Assembly (NCBI GenBank): GCA_964016885.1
Contig: OZ024741.1
Span: 295,306,001 to 295,370,000 of the forward strand
DNA length: 64,000 nucleotides
Direction of reading: 5' to 3'
Origin: Eledone cirrhosa
Taxonomy: Eukaryota
In this document: positions 52,636 through 64,000 of the stretch, one piece after another
How the letters are laid out: each line of letters starts with the position of its first letter
Position numbering within the stretch: the stretch's first letter is position 1
Translations under genes and position numbers: made by a program
The notes under the pieces: generated by a model
Told to the model about the DNA's origin: nothing
The model's input: the letters and a program-made list of their open reading frames with translations, nothing else
Database searches by the model: none

Positions 52636-53064
52636 ATGATAATAATAATAATAATGATTGGTTTTATTGGCCGCAAGACCTGAGACATTGGGCACAATAC
52701 AAGGACAAAAGCAACACAGAATGGTCTACATAAAATAAAGGAAAGGAGTCATCGTGCAGAAAGCAGTAGGAATAACAATAATAGAAATTGTAATAAATAT
52801 AAATAACAATAGAAAAAATAACAAATGTTGACAACCAGTTCCGAATAAGCTAATTCTCTTTTTATTGATAACATAATCCCTGTTATATGTATTTCGATGG
52901 TAACTGTTATATAACAGTGATTATGTAATCAATAAAATGAAGTAAATTCTAACTTACTGACTTCTACTTCATTACTTCATTGTTATACTTCCTTGAGTAC
53001 TGTTACCTGCATACAGTCAGTTTATTAACTAATACAAAATATACCAAGTATATACATATATATA

Positions 53065-53616
53065 TGCACAGCGATAAAAATAGACGGTAGCCATGGAGTA
53101 GGCAGACCCAGAAAAACCTGGGACGACCTGATAAATTCCGACCTCACACACTTACACCTCTCCAAGACAATGTCACTGGACCGAGATCTTTGGCGGTACT
53201 CAGTAATAGAGAAGACCCGCCTTACCTAAATACAAAGTAAAACCTACTACAGTCAGTAGGCATCTCTAACAAAATACACCCCTGTCCCACCACCCCCACT
53301 CTATCCACTCCACCCCTTTCAATGTAAAGTTATGTTGGTGCCACAACATCCAGGCCGAAACAAATGAGATCGTGTAGGTGTCATGACAAAAAAACACACA
53401 GTCCACGCTGTAATGTGGCCGTGTAGGCAACACGGTAAAAACCTCCCAGTCCCACACTGTAAATGTGGTTGGTGTTAGGAAGGGCATCCAGCTGTAGAAA
53501 ACCCGCCAGACAGTCCTATGCGAGCAAGACAACCACTCTTGCCTCAAGTAGGAAAACTCCCGTCCAAACCCATGCAAGTGTGGAACATGGACGTTAAACG
53601 ATGATGATGATGATGA
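53065..53616 (+). mobile_element. RTE family A 3' end
   Basis: AIKIDGSHGVGRPRKTWDD, 3'UTR, (GAT)n tail. Confidence 0.9.
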
Positions 53617-53623
53617 TATATAT

Positions 53624-53686
53624 ATTAAGGTTTAAGCAAAGAATCACCTAAGGGTGAAAGCAGCGATTCTTTGCTTAAACTTTAAT
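53624..53686. repeat. 22-bp-arm hairpin
   Basis: attaaggtttaagcaaagaatc ... gattctttgcttaaactttaat. Confidence 0.8.
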
Positions 53687-54155
53687 CTGTTATTTTAATA
53701 AATATTTGCTCAAGGGTTCTTATATATTTGATATATATTTATCCTTATCGAGCCCTCTTTGGATTTTAGTCTTCGCATTTATTATTATTACTATATATAT
53801 ATATATATATATAACAGAGTGTTGTATTTGCTTGAAGCATTGTGGAATAAGAAATACAAATTTAACTAGGAAATAAGTTTAAATGTGTGTGTAAGATTAT
53901 AAATACCAAGGTTATAGGAATTAGAGAAAATAGGATAAAAAGAGGAAAAAGTGAGAATGGTAGAATTTTACCTTAGCAATTTTATTGATCCCAAATACTT
54001 TCTGATTTACCATCCATTATGAAGGGAATCTGTGTATAGAGGCTTAGAGAGCAATCTGAGAAGAGTTGTTGATGGCTGGTAGATTTAATTTGAATGGATG
54101 AAAAAAAAATGTTTTGCACATAAGCATAGGGAAAAAACGTGTGTGAATATGTGTT

Positions 54156-54233
<78 letters not shown>

Positions 54234-54234
54234 T

Positions 54235-54273
<39 letters not shown>

Positions 54274-54274
54274 T

Positions 54275-54315
<41 letters not shown>

Positions 54316-54529
54316 TTATATATATATGTGTGCAACTAAAGTGCACTTTGGCCATGAGGTTATTGGCTTGTCAAAAGACTCCTTCTGTGAAAGACCAATT
54401 TTCCAAACTGACTGCTACCAGTGAAATTTTCGAGATGGTATAATTGTCACCAGAAGGGTAGACAAGTTGTCAGAAGAAGCAATCTGTTTTAGCCAAAATT
54501 TTACTCAGTTATATATATATACTTATAAA

Positions 54530-54749
54530 TATACACAGGTACAATAACAACAAACATACTCAGACACGAACACACAAACACACACCAAACAGAAAACACG
54601 TAGATAAATGCATGCACAAACAGAGACAACAATAAATAAATAAATAAGTAAATAAAAATAAAATAAGTAAACATTACAATACAACAGGAGGAAACATAAG
54701 AGTATCACTGATGATGTTACACGTGTATGATGAAAGAACTTTGTGAGAC

Positions 54750-54822
<73 letters not shown>

Positions 54823-54990
54823 GCTATATTTTTAATTGTTGGTCAATGAATGATAAACATTGATTGCCAGCTAAATTAACTATAGGGATATAAAATATAT
54901 GGAAGAGAAAACCAAACCAAAAAGTGAGTGTGTTTTATTATATATTTCTGGCAATATTGTAACAATATTACCCTCCCCAAATATAACAAT
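54530..54990 (+). mobile_element. Older Penelope pLTR related to family 2
   Basis: caacaggagg...cactgatgatgtt...gaaagaac and ctggcaatatt...ccctccccaaatataacaat blocks shared with 44480-44770. Confidence 0.65.
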
Positions 54991-55150
54991 ATATATTTAT
55001 ATATATATATTCATAAATCATACACAAAACGCCAGCACCAACAGTTTTCCAAGAGATGTCAACATGAATGGACCTGTTATTTTTATCTAAAGACATTTTT
55101 TTCCAATTCCAACCCACCCATCCCCTCAATCTATCTTACTTCTCATTCTT

Positions 55151-55186
55151 TCTTCTGATGAAAGACTAGCATCTGAAACGTTAAGA
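55151..55186 (+). ncRNA. Minimal hammerhead (family G)
   Basis: tctt-CTGATGA-a-agac-tagc-atct-GAAA-cg-TT-aaga. Confidence 0.65.
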
Positions 55187-56192
55187 CCCTCTTCCTGCTA
55201 TTTCAAGCGTTAACCTAATATGTTTCTTCCATATACTGTACCGATTGTGTTGTTATTTCTGTTTACCTTTTACACAGACACACACACACGACGGAATTAC
55301 TTCATTTATATATATATATATACAAATTTTCAGAAATGTTAGAGGGTTGAATGAAATGCCCTGTTGTGTTTATTACAGCTATTTGCACACCTGCTGAGGC
55401 TAATTTGGGCTTTCAGTCCATTCCATACCTGTCTAGAGCAGGGGGTTAGTAGAATACCTGGCATTATGACACTATTACAGATAGAAGATATATGTATAGT
55501 TGGTTAGTTAGAGAAGGTAGAGAGCAAAAATAAGTGTCATAAAATGAAAAATAAATCACTCCACTGATATTTGAAACTGTGTTGACTGAGCAAAGATTCT
55601 ATACATTATTATTATTGTTTGTATTTCATTAAAATAGTGTTAGTAATGTCAATATATGAGATGGTGTTGTAAGCACATTGTCATCAATGGATGAATGGAG
55701 AAGAGGACAGTGAATGAAGGACAAGAAGCACTCTAAATCAGAGAAAAAACAGAAACAAAACTAAAATTCAATATATTGAAATTCACAAATCATTCACATT
55801 GAATTTTAAGTAGAAAATAAAAGTGTTAGATTCTATTGTCTGTATTGACAATGACATTTATGAAATGTCCATTGTCAGCCTACTCAAATATGGATCAACA
55901 TCAATAATAATAATAATTTCATCTGTTACTTTCATTCCATAATTAATGTAACTAGATAGTGTGATGTACTGTTTTTGTTTGGATGTGTATAATCCTGGCA
56001 GATACCAAATATTTGGCCAGAGGCAGGATTTCTGAAAACCACTTGTTCTTATGAACTTATGTTTTCAACAATATAAGAACTTCTTTGTAAGCTGTAACAT
56101 CTATAATCTATTAAATCACATTTAGTAACTGTAAATGAATAAAGATTAGGTCAGTTTACATATATAGTATTTTTTTCTTGATGACATTCTCG

Positions 56193-56253
<61 letters not shown>

Positions 56254-56417
56254 TCAAGGAAATAATAAAACAGAGATACAAAAAAGTCTTATTAGTTTCA
56301 TGCTTTATATGGAAAAAGGGAAAGAAAGTTAGACGTTTCAAGCTTTAGCCCTTCTTCAAGAGCACAACAAATAAAGACAGGATCACAAAATTCCATCCCG
56401 CACATCCCCTCAATCTT

Positions 56418-56453
56418 TCTTCTGATGAAGGACTAGCGTCCGAAACGTTAAGA
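56418..56453 (+). ncRNA. Minimal hammerhead (family G)
   Basis: tctt-CTGATGA-a-ggac-tagc-gtcc-GAAA-cg-TT-aaga; ACGT palindromic stem III; lies in a ~140-bp repeat shared with 55115-55275. Confidence 0.8.
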
Positions 56454-56569
56454 CCCTCTTCCTGCTATATCAAGCATTAACCTAATATATCCCTTCCATA
56501 TACTGTACCGATTGTGTTGTTATTTCTGTTTACTTTTTACATACATATATATATACATATACATACATA

Positions 56570-56648
56570 CAGGGTGTCCCAACAAAATGCATACACACTT
56601 TGATTAGAATGCTGTTGAAGTGTGTATATATTTTGGGGGGACACCCTG
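56570..56648. mobile_element. Tc1/mariner-type MITE (79 bp)
   Basis: TA-cagggtgtccc...gggacaccctg-TA, with extended imperfect TIRs. Confidence 0.85.
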
Positions 56649-57031
56649 TATATATATGGTATATTTTGTATTAGTTAATCAATCGACACTAGTGTATGTA
56701 GGATAGAGCACTCAACAAAGTATATATGTAGGTCTGTATACTCCAGAGTATTGCTACTGCTAGTACTTATTTTTTAGCTGAGTGTAGAGGAGCAGCATAA
56801 AGTGAAGCTCAAGGACACTAAGTGTCAGCTAGTCTGAGAATCTAACGCACAATCTTACAATTGCAAACCCAACACCTTAACCACATCTGCCTTATCATAT
56901 TAGGTTCAGTTTATTCTATATACTTTCAATAAGGATCAGAAACCTGAATAAGGATCTCCCCCTGAATAATTTATGTTATTTTATGCTTTTAATTATAAAT
57001 GTACAATTGAAAGATTTTTATCAGCATTCTC

Positions 57032-57071
<40 letters not shown>

Positions 57072-57276
57072 CCACTGACAAACTGCCACTTGCTAGGTTC
57101 TTCTTTTACCTGTTTTCTCTTTCCTTCATCGATAATTTATCCATCACTTTTACCTTCTCACAGTATATTTCAGTCAATATGAAGATTGTGTACAATGATC
57201 AATGATGAGGCATGTATGACTTTCAGTTTTTCAGTGAATATTAGGAATAAGATTGTTCCTTCTCTTTCTCTCGTTT

Positions 57277-57370
57277 TTCTTTCTTTCTCTTATTCATATT
57301 TCTTTCTTTCTCTTATTCATATTTCTTTCTTTCTCTTATTCATATTTCTTTCTTTCTCTTATTCATATTT
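57277..57370. repeat. 23-bp minisatellite, about four units
   Basis: tttctttctttctcttattcata repeated. Confidence 0.85.
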
Positions 57371-57632
57371 CAACAATGAACCATAGAGAGTGAATGTTTC
57401 AAGCAATGTTTCCTCATCAATTATGCCAATCATTCTAATGAAGCAGCCATAGAGATTTTTCTGCTATACCTTTTTTGCCCTACTCTTTCATTTTTCACTA
57501 CTTGCACTCACACATTCCTATTCCAAGAACATTTTTTATAGGATCCTATCTTTCTAATATGCACTGCTTGTAGCTGCAGCAATTATTATATATATATATA
57601 TACACACATGCATATATATATGTGTATATATG

Positions 57633-57720
<88 letters not shown>

Positions 57721-60189
57721 TGTATATGTGTGTGTAGGCTTTTTTTATATATAGTTTTTGAAAGATATCATGTTAGGAAAGAACAAAATATTTTGCAGAT
57801 TTATTATAATTGCAATAATGCAAAACATGACATCGAAGCAAGTTTTTAAATAGTATGGGGGTTTCTTTCCTTTTTATCGTGAAAATATCTCATTCTTCAT
57901 ATTATATATTAGATAAATATACAAAGTTCTTTGTGACATTATAAAAAAACAAATTGTACCTCTAATTTGGGATAGCAATACATGTCATGTTTCAGATTTA
58001 CACAGTCTATGTTTTACTTCTCTATCAAGATGACCACAATAGTTTACAACATTTACTTATCAGCTCGCTCGCGCTAGATTTATCAGGGGGCAGAGGGGGT
58101 GAGTACCCTGGGCACCCTTTGTCAAACAGGGCCCACTGTAGGAAAAGACCCCCCCCCATACACACACACCTCAACCTGAACTGCTCTGGGCCCCCTTAGG
58201 TTTAAATATGCCTAGCATGTTTGACCATATTAACAACAGATAAATCAATGTATCTGATTTTGGAAGTGGATAGGACATGAAGAGAATTGTTAAACTTGAA
58301 ATAAGGTAATTTCACAAGCAAACAAATTATTTTAAACGTTGACCCTTTTAATATTAAATTTCCTGAAACCACTGATGGTTCTGTGATACAAAACTGTTTG
58401 CTTTAAAGTGTTTATATTTATATAAAAACTGCTATCAGAATTTTATGAAAGAACCTTTGTTAAGTTATATTCCAAACCACAGGTAAATTATATGGTAACA
58501 AATAGGATTAATATTGACAACACTTACATTATTCGTGCTATAACTTATAATATTTTAATATTAGGTATGTGCCATATTTCAATATTAGGTATGTGAAATC
58601 CCCCTTAGAGTCTTTTAGCCATTATTTAACACATGGGGATTTTTAATGGAGATAGATGAGATGTGAAAAAGACATTACACATTAGTTCTTTCCTCTTTAT
58701 TGCTAAAATAAAATAATAATTTAAAAAAAAACAGAACAATTTGGTATATGAAGAAAAATCTTATATTTTACATCTATTTATTTTTCTGTCGTTTCCAATT
58801 ATTGATTCTAATTGCATGACTGATTATGTTCCTCCATTTTTTTCAGTAGATTAAAAACTGATATAATTACTCAGGGAAAAAAAAGCAAACAAACCTTTTT
58901 CTCATCTTCCTCCCTCTCTTCCTCCTCTTCCATACTACAATCATATCAGTTATGGATGTTGTATTTTTGCCTTATTCATATTGCTGCTATAAATATGCTT
59001 CCCAAGCTTCATATCCTAAATATGCTGCTTATTTTGTTTCTAGTTGTTAACTTTATTTTGTGCATGCTGAATAACTTTTACACTGATCACATATTAAACC
59101 AGGTAATTGATTTTTTTTTTTTTTTAGCACCTTACAAACCCTGATAAACAACAACCAGTTGCTGAGTGAGGTGGTTTTTTTTTATAGTACTTACATTTTT
59201 GTCTTCTAGAGTCAATAAAAATAATAACCATCTGAGGAATATATATAACAAAACAGTGGTTTTCTGTTTTTACTCCTTTTCTATCAGGGTTTAACTCTTT
59301 TTTCATCATATCACCATTTCAGAATTGTTGGTAAGGACACAGTTACATTCATCCAGGTTTATAGAAATGTTAGCTTTGCTTTATGCCATCAAAACATCAG
59401 ATCAAACCCATTATATTAGATAAATATACATCATTTTTCATATCTTCATAGGTAAACAAAGCTGTATATAAAATAGAAATAATATGATGTTGTTAAGAAT
59501 GTATGTATACGTTGCAAGCAAAACAATATTGACTTTATAATTTTCATCTACAAATCAAGCTTATCTCACAATCTTAATGTTTTCTTTCTTTCCTTCTTCT
59601 TAAGGGTATATTGGTAAAATGTTCAACCTATAATTTCCTTACATTTTAGCTTCATCACTTTGTTTCACATCATCTCGTAACATATCTTATTAGAGAGACT
59701 TTTTTTTTTCTGTGAAAATTAGAGACAAACAAACTTACAGAAGTTTTCATATGAAATATTGACTATGGAATATTTGACGTACAGCAATCACAAATAATAG
59801 GTCAACTGTTTCATAACTGAATGTTTAAAGTGTTATCATCATCATAAAATATAATATTTGTGTGTCAGATTACATTTATGTGGTGATCACATTAAGATAA
59901 TAATATCATTGAGTTCCTAATGGAAACAGAAGTCAAAGAATAGTTGACTCTTTCAATGTTTTGAAAAACACAGGTTTAACTCTTCCGTGTTGGAGATATA
60001 TAAAGTGGTTCATCATGAAGCATTTAGAAATAAATTCCCCATGGCATTAACAAACTGAAAATATACCATTATATTTATATTTAATTCTTCATATCTCTCA
60101 GGCTGTGAGCTATAAATCAGGAATAAATAACTATGATATTCTAGATATCAACTCACAGGTCTTTGTATCCCACTATATGTGTTGTATGT

Positions 60190-60470
60190 CCAACTGACAG
60201 TTATTTCAACTTCTTATGATATTTCACCAGGATCTTAGTTTTGTGCCCTCTTCCTATACACAATGACATAATTTCAATCACCTCCAACAACACCCACTCC
60301 TACAAAGACAATACTGCCCTTCATTCTCCCTTAACCTTCCACATTTGTCATCCACATGCTAAATCTGGTCTAACTTCATAAACAGAGACATCAAAAATAT
60401 GCTTTAATAGAGCCATGTTAATCTTACCTCCTTCAATAACACAAAGACACAATCAAAAGACATATTAAGT
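60190..60470 (+). pseudogene. Degraded CR1/L2-type RT fragment
   Basis: LFL..ND...THSYKDNTALH resembles the YADD region. Confidence 0.4.
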
Positions 60471-60489
60471 AAACATTATTATAACAGAT

Positions 60490-60850
60490 CTTGCAGTATC
60501 TGTCAAACAAAGGTTCAGTATTTAAACCCCAATCAAGAAAACACTGTCAAGTGATATATAGGATGACTGAAGGGAAATATAAGACACACTATCATAACCA
60601 CCTGTTCAATTTCAAATACTCCTATGACTTGCATATAACTAGATTTTTTTCAAATACATCTTGTTTTAAAACAAAACTGCCTCTAACTACAGTATCAAAT
60701 GGAAAACAGGGAAAATTCACACCACTTAGAAACAGAGCCTTTGCTATTAGTCTATGTATGACTTTACATAAATTCATAGCAATTTGCTATTTTAGTACCA
60801 TCATTCCACTATTTCTTACAATAACTCTCTGTCCCAGGCACAGAATATAA
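60490..60850 (+). pseudogene. Degraded Penelope-like GIY-YIG fragment
   Basis: IY.MTEGKYKTHYHNHLFNFK resembles the YIGxTExxFKxRYxNHxxSF pattern of the 27225 lineage. Confidence 0.5.
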
Positions 60851-60900
60851 TTATTCTAAGTGAGATGTGATTGATGAGTTAAAACGCTGCTCATATTTTA

Positions 60901-62020
60901 TTATGTTGTTCAGAGATTAATGCAGGTTTTTATGTTTTTATTTGTTTCAATATTTTTAGAATAGAATCTCGTACAAAGTATGTGAAATTGTGCATCATTT
61001 TAAAGTTATTTTATGGTCTTTCATTCTAATATAAATTACATTTTTAATATAAATTGAATTTTTGTCAATTTTTGGATCTTGAAGTTATGAAAACAGGATT
61101 TTCACCAAATTTATTTCTATGAGTATAAACGTGGCTGCAATGCAGCACAAGGGACTAGAAATATCAATGGAGTTTGGGATCAAGGAAATGTTAATGAATA
61201 CACAGTGCAAAGTTGATTTCAAACCTTTTGTTCTGGTGAATTTGCTCTTGAACTTAAGGAAGGCATGGCCATTGACGACAATGAATTGGAGGTTTTGGTG
61301 GAAGAAGCAAATCCTCAGACAACTGTTCAAGAGCTTGTAGAAGACTTGATGTTAGCATTGGAACAATTTGGGAAAGTTTAAGTCAAATGGGAAAGTCAAA
61401 GATGCTTGAAAATGAGTACTCCACGTATTGAATGAAAATCAGAAACATTGCTGTTATGATATCTGCTCTTCACTTCTTTTGTGCAACAAAAACACTCCAT
61501 TTCTTGATCAAATTGTGATATGCGATGTAAAATGAATCCTATATAACTGATGACATTCAACAAAGTGGTTGGACTGAAATGAAGTTCCTAAGCATCTTCC
61601 AAAGCCAAAGTTACACCAAAAGAAGGTTATGATGATTAATTGGTTACCCACTGCTAGATTAATCCATTACAGCTTTCTGGGAAGTATTGTCACGAAATCA
61701 AAGATACACATATAGAATGCAGCATATGTATCCAGTATTAGTCAATAGATCTTTCTCCACCCGATTACCACTTTTTAAATTATTTCAACAACTATTTCCA
61801 AGATATTATCTTCAACAACCAAACAGCCACAAAAAAGTGCCTCTGAAGAATTCATCACCTCTAGAAATTCAGAATTCTATGTTACTATAAGAAATAAACT
61901 TATTGACAAAAATGCGTAGTCTAAATGACTTTATTTTCACCAATAATGTTTATTCAGAACTGAGATATGTAGTTTTAGAGTTAATGTTTAAAAACCTGCA
62001 TTAATTTCTGAACAACCTGA
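60901..62020 (+). mobile_element. Degraded mariner transposon
   Basis: TIRs ttatgttgttcagagattaatgcaggtttt / aaaacctgcattaatttctgaacaacctga with TA flanks; YEYKRGCNAAQ, NPQTTVQEL, FLDQIVICD and PKPKLHQKK remnants. Confidence 0.88.
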
Positions 62021-62970
62021 TAGTTAAAGTTTGAAATTAGTCAAAATATATTGCAGATAATTACAAAGATAAATTTTAATTAATTCTTCTTTTTGACAAT
62101 TTCTCTTAAAAACAAACTGCTTAAAGTTTCTGAAACATAGCAAATACGGTTTCAGTTGTTATTAGAGACTCAACAGCAATGCTATAAATAATTTTGATTT
62201 TCTTTCCTACTAGTACAGTTTGGTGGTAATTAAAATTGCTTTGTTAATTATTTCTGATTCTTAACAACTAATTTGTATTGTTGTTACTAAAATTGTTAAG
62301 TAGCTGATTGTCATTTTTTAAAATCCCTTAGTCACAAGAAAGTGCAGTGCTCATGAAACTTTTCAAGGCCTAGCGTGGAAGGTCTCCTTAAATTGGAGAC
62401 ATGGCCCAAATACTTGCAACAGAGTGGATTCCACGAAAGATATTCTAGGGTTAGGAGGTAGTGTTAAATCTGGCAACAGATTAAATCTAATACTCAAATA
62501 CGTCACTGCAAGATTTGAAAACAGCATCCAAAGGCTGGAAAAAAATACTGTAAGGCATCCCATCCAATGCTCTAACACTTCCATCAGTTCATCACACTAG
62601 ACTGTTATTTTATTGACCCTGAAAGGATTGGATTTGAACAGTGATTGCCAAAGTAGGTGTTACCACTCCTCTGGGGTACTGAAAGACAAGGAGTGGTATG
62701 GGGCATTGAGAGTCAAGGAAGGGTGATGGAGAAAAGGAGCGAAGAATACAAATTAGTAGTTTCTCATAGAACTCCTCTTTAATTATTCAGTAAATGCTTT
62801 GAGATTTTTTAAAAAATTAGATTTAATTTTCAATACATAATGTTTATCAACCTTACAGTGTAGAGTGGGGTGGTGATGAAGCATATTCTCTAAACAAAGT
62901 TAAAAAATTCTGGTCAAACACTTCTGCCTGCTCACTATCTCCACAATACCAGTCAAAATACGATACTAGG

Positions 62971-63240
62971 TCTTCTTCTTCTTCGCCCAATTATTCCTGG
63001 GAGTGTCATGGGAGCAGAGTCCTCAAAAACTCCTTTCAGCGGATCCTGTCAAAAGCAACCATCCCCGATCGATTTAGCTGTATCCCCATGCAAGACCAAC
63101 CAAACCTTTAGATGTTATCCAACCATCTTGATCGGGGTCTCCTGCCAGTTGGTTTTGCCTGTAAAATCCACCCCTAAGACATTCTGACCTTATGCCCATA
63201 ATATTGGAGCTGTGATCTCTCACTTTGGAGAAGTAGCTCT
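62971..63240 (-). pseudogene. RTE family D 3' end
   Basis: Homolog of 15514-15725, with LQLYGHK..M upstream and a (GAA)n tail. Confidence 0.75.
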
Positions 63241-64000
63241 AGGAGTGTGTATTGGCTTGTTAACATATATTTGTTGATTCAATTGTGCTATGGGAATGTG
63301 TCTAATGATGAATAATAACTTTAGAATTAGTGAATAACCTAAGTTTTTATAACTTTGTATAAGTTCAGTGTTTCTATTGATGATCACACCAAAATTGAGA
63401 ACATGCTGCAGATGGTTACTTGTGATTGACAGAAGAACAGTGGCTTCTGGGCCTTTGATAACAAATTTGACAGAAAAAAGTTTGCTTTTATTGGTTAAAA
63501 CTTTTCATGTTGATACACAAAACTGAATAGCTTATTCTTGTCTCTAATGAATGTTAAACCTTGTACTAGTGACAGATTTTTCAACTAATGACTAAATCTA
63601 TATCAACTCTTTGTGTGAAAGTGCTATTGTTTACACTTTACTACTCCAATCTTAGATTACACACTACTGTTTGCAGTATTCAATACGTTCTTTAAAAAAC
63701 AATAGGAATATCTTGATCATCTTTGCTTTATTTACTTTGTCAGGTCATGTGCTTCACAAAGTAAACTAAAGTGTACTAGCACATTTTTTGGCAAATAAAA
63801 GAAGGGAGGTAAAAGATATCAAGTATATTTCTGGTACTCAGAGAGTTAAAAATAAAAATGAGAAAACCTGTATTTCTATTTTATTATATTTTCTAAAGTA
63901 CTTATAGTGTTAGAGCTAAAATAGTGTACATACATGGAATATAAATATACACTCATTCTCACAGATGATAATTATTTCTGTTCTACTTCGATACATGCAA

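Overview
AT-rich metazoan genomic DNA, probably intronic or intergenic. The repeat repertoire suggests an octopus/cephalopod, but that is inference. No host protein-coding gene can be supported. The window is a dense nest of mobile elements, mostly sitting in (TA)n microsatellites: at least four RTE-clade LINE families (one with a PHD-type zinc finger inside the RT, one 5'-inverted copy), at least three Penelope-like (PLE) lineages, CR1/L2-like, Tx1/L1-like and CRE-like fragments, two tRNA-derived SINE families, two mariner relics and several MITEs. The strongest unannotated signal is a set of type I hammerhead ribozyme motifs from about seven distinct sequence families, several in non-coding fold-back or inverted arrangements (pLTR/retrozyme-like). 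There are also two independent Penelope/RTE chimeric junctions. Most short ORFs in the track are microsatellite or antisense artefacts. All folds and alignments were done by eye, and repeat boundaries are approximate.
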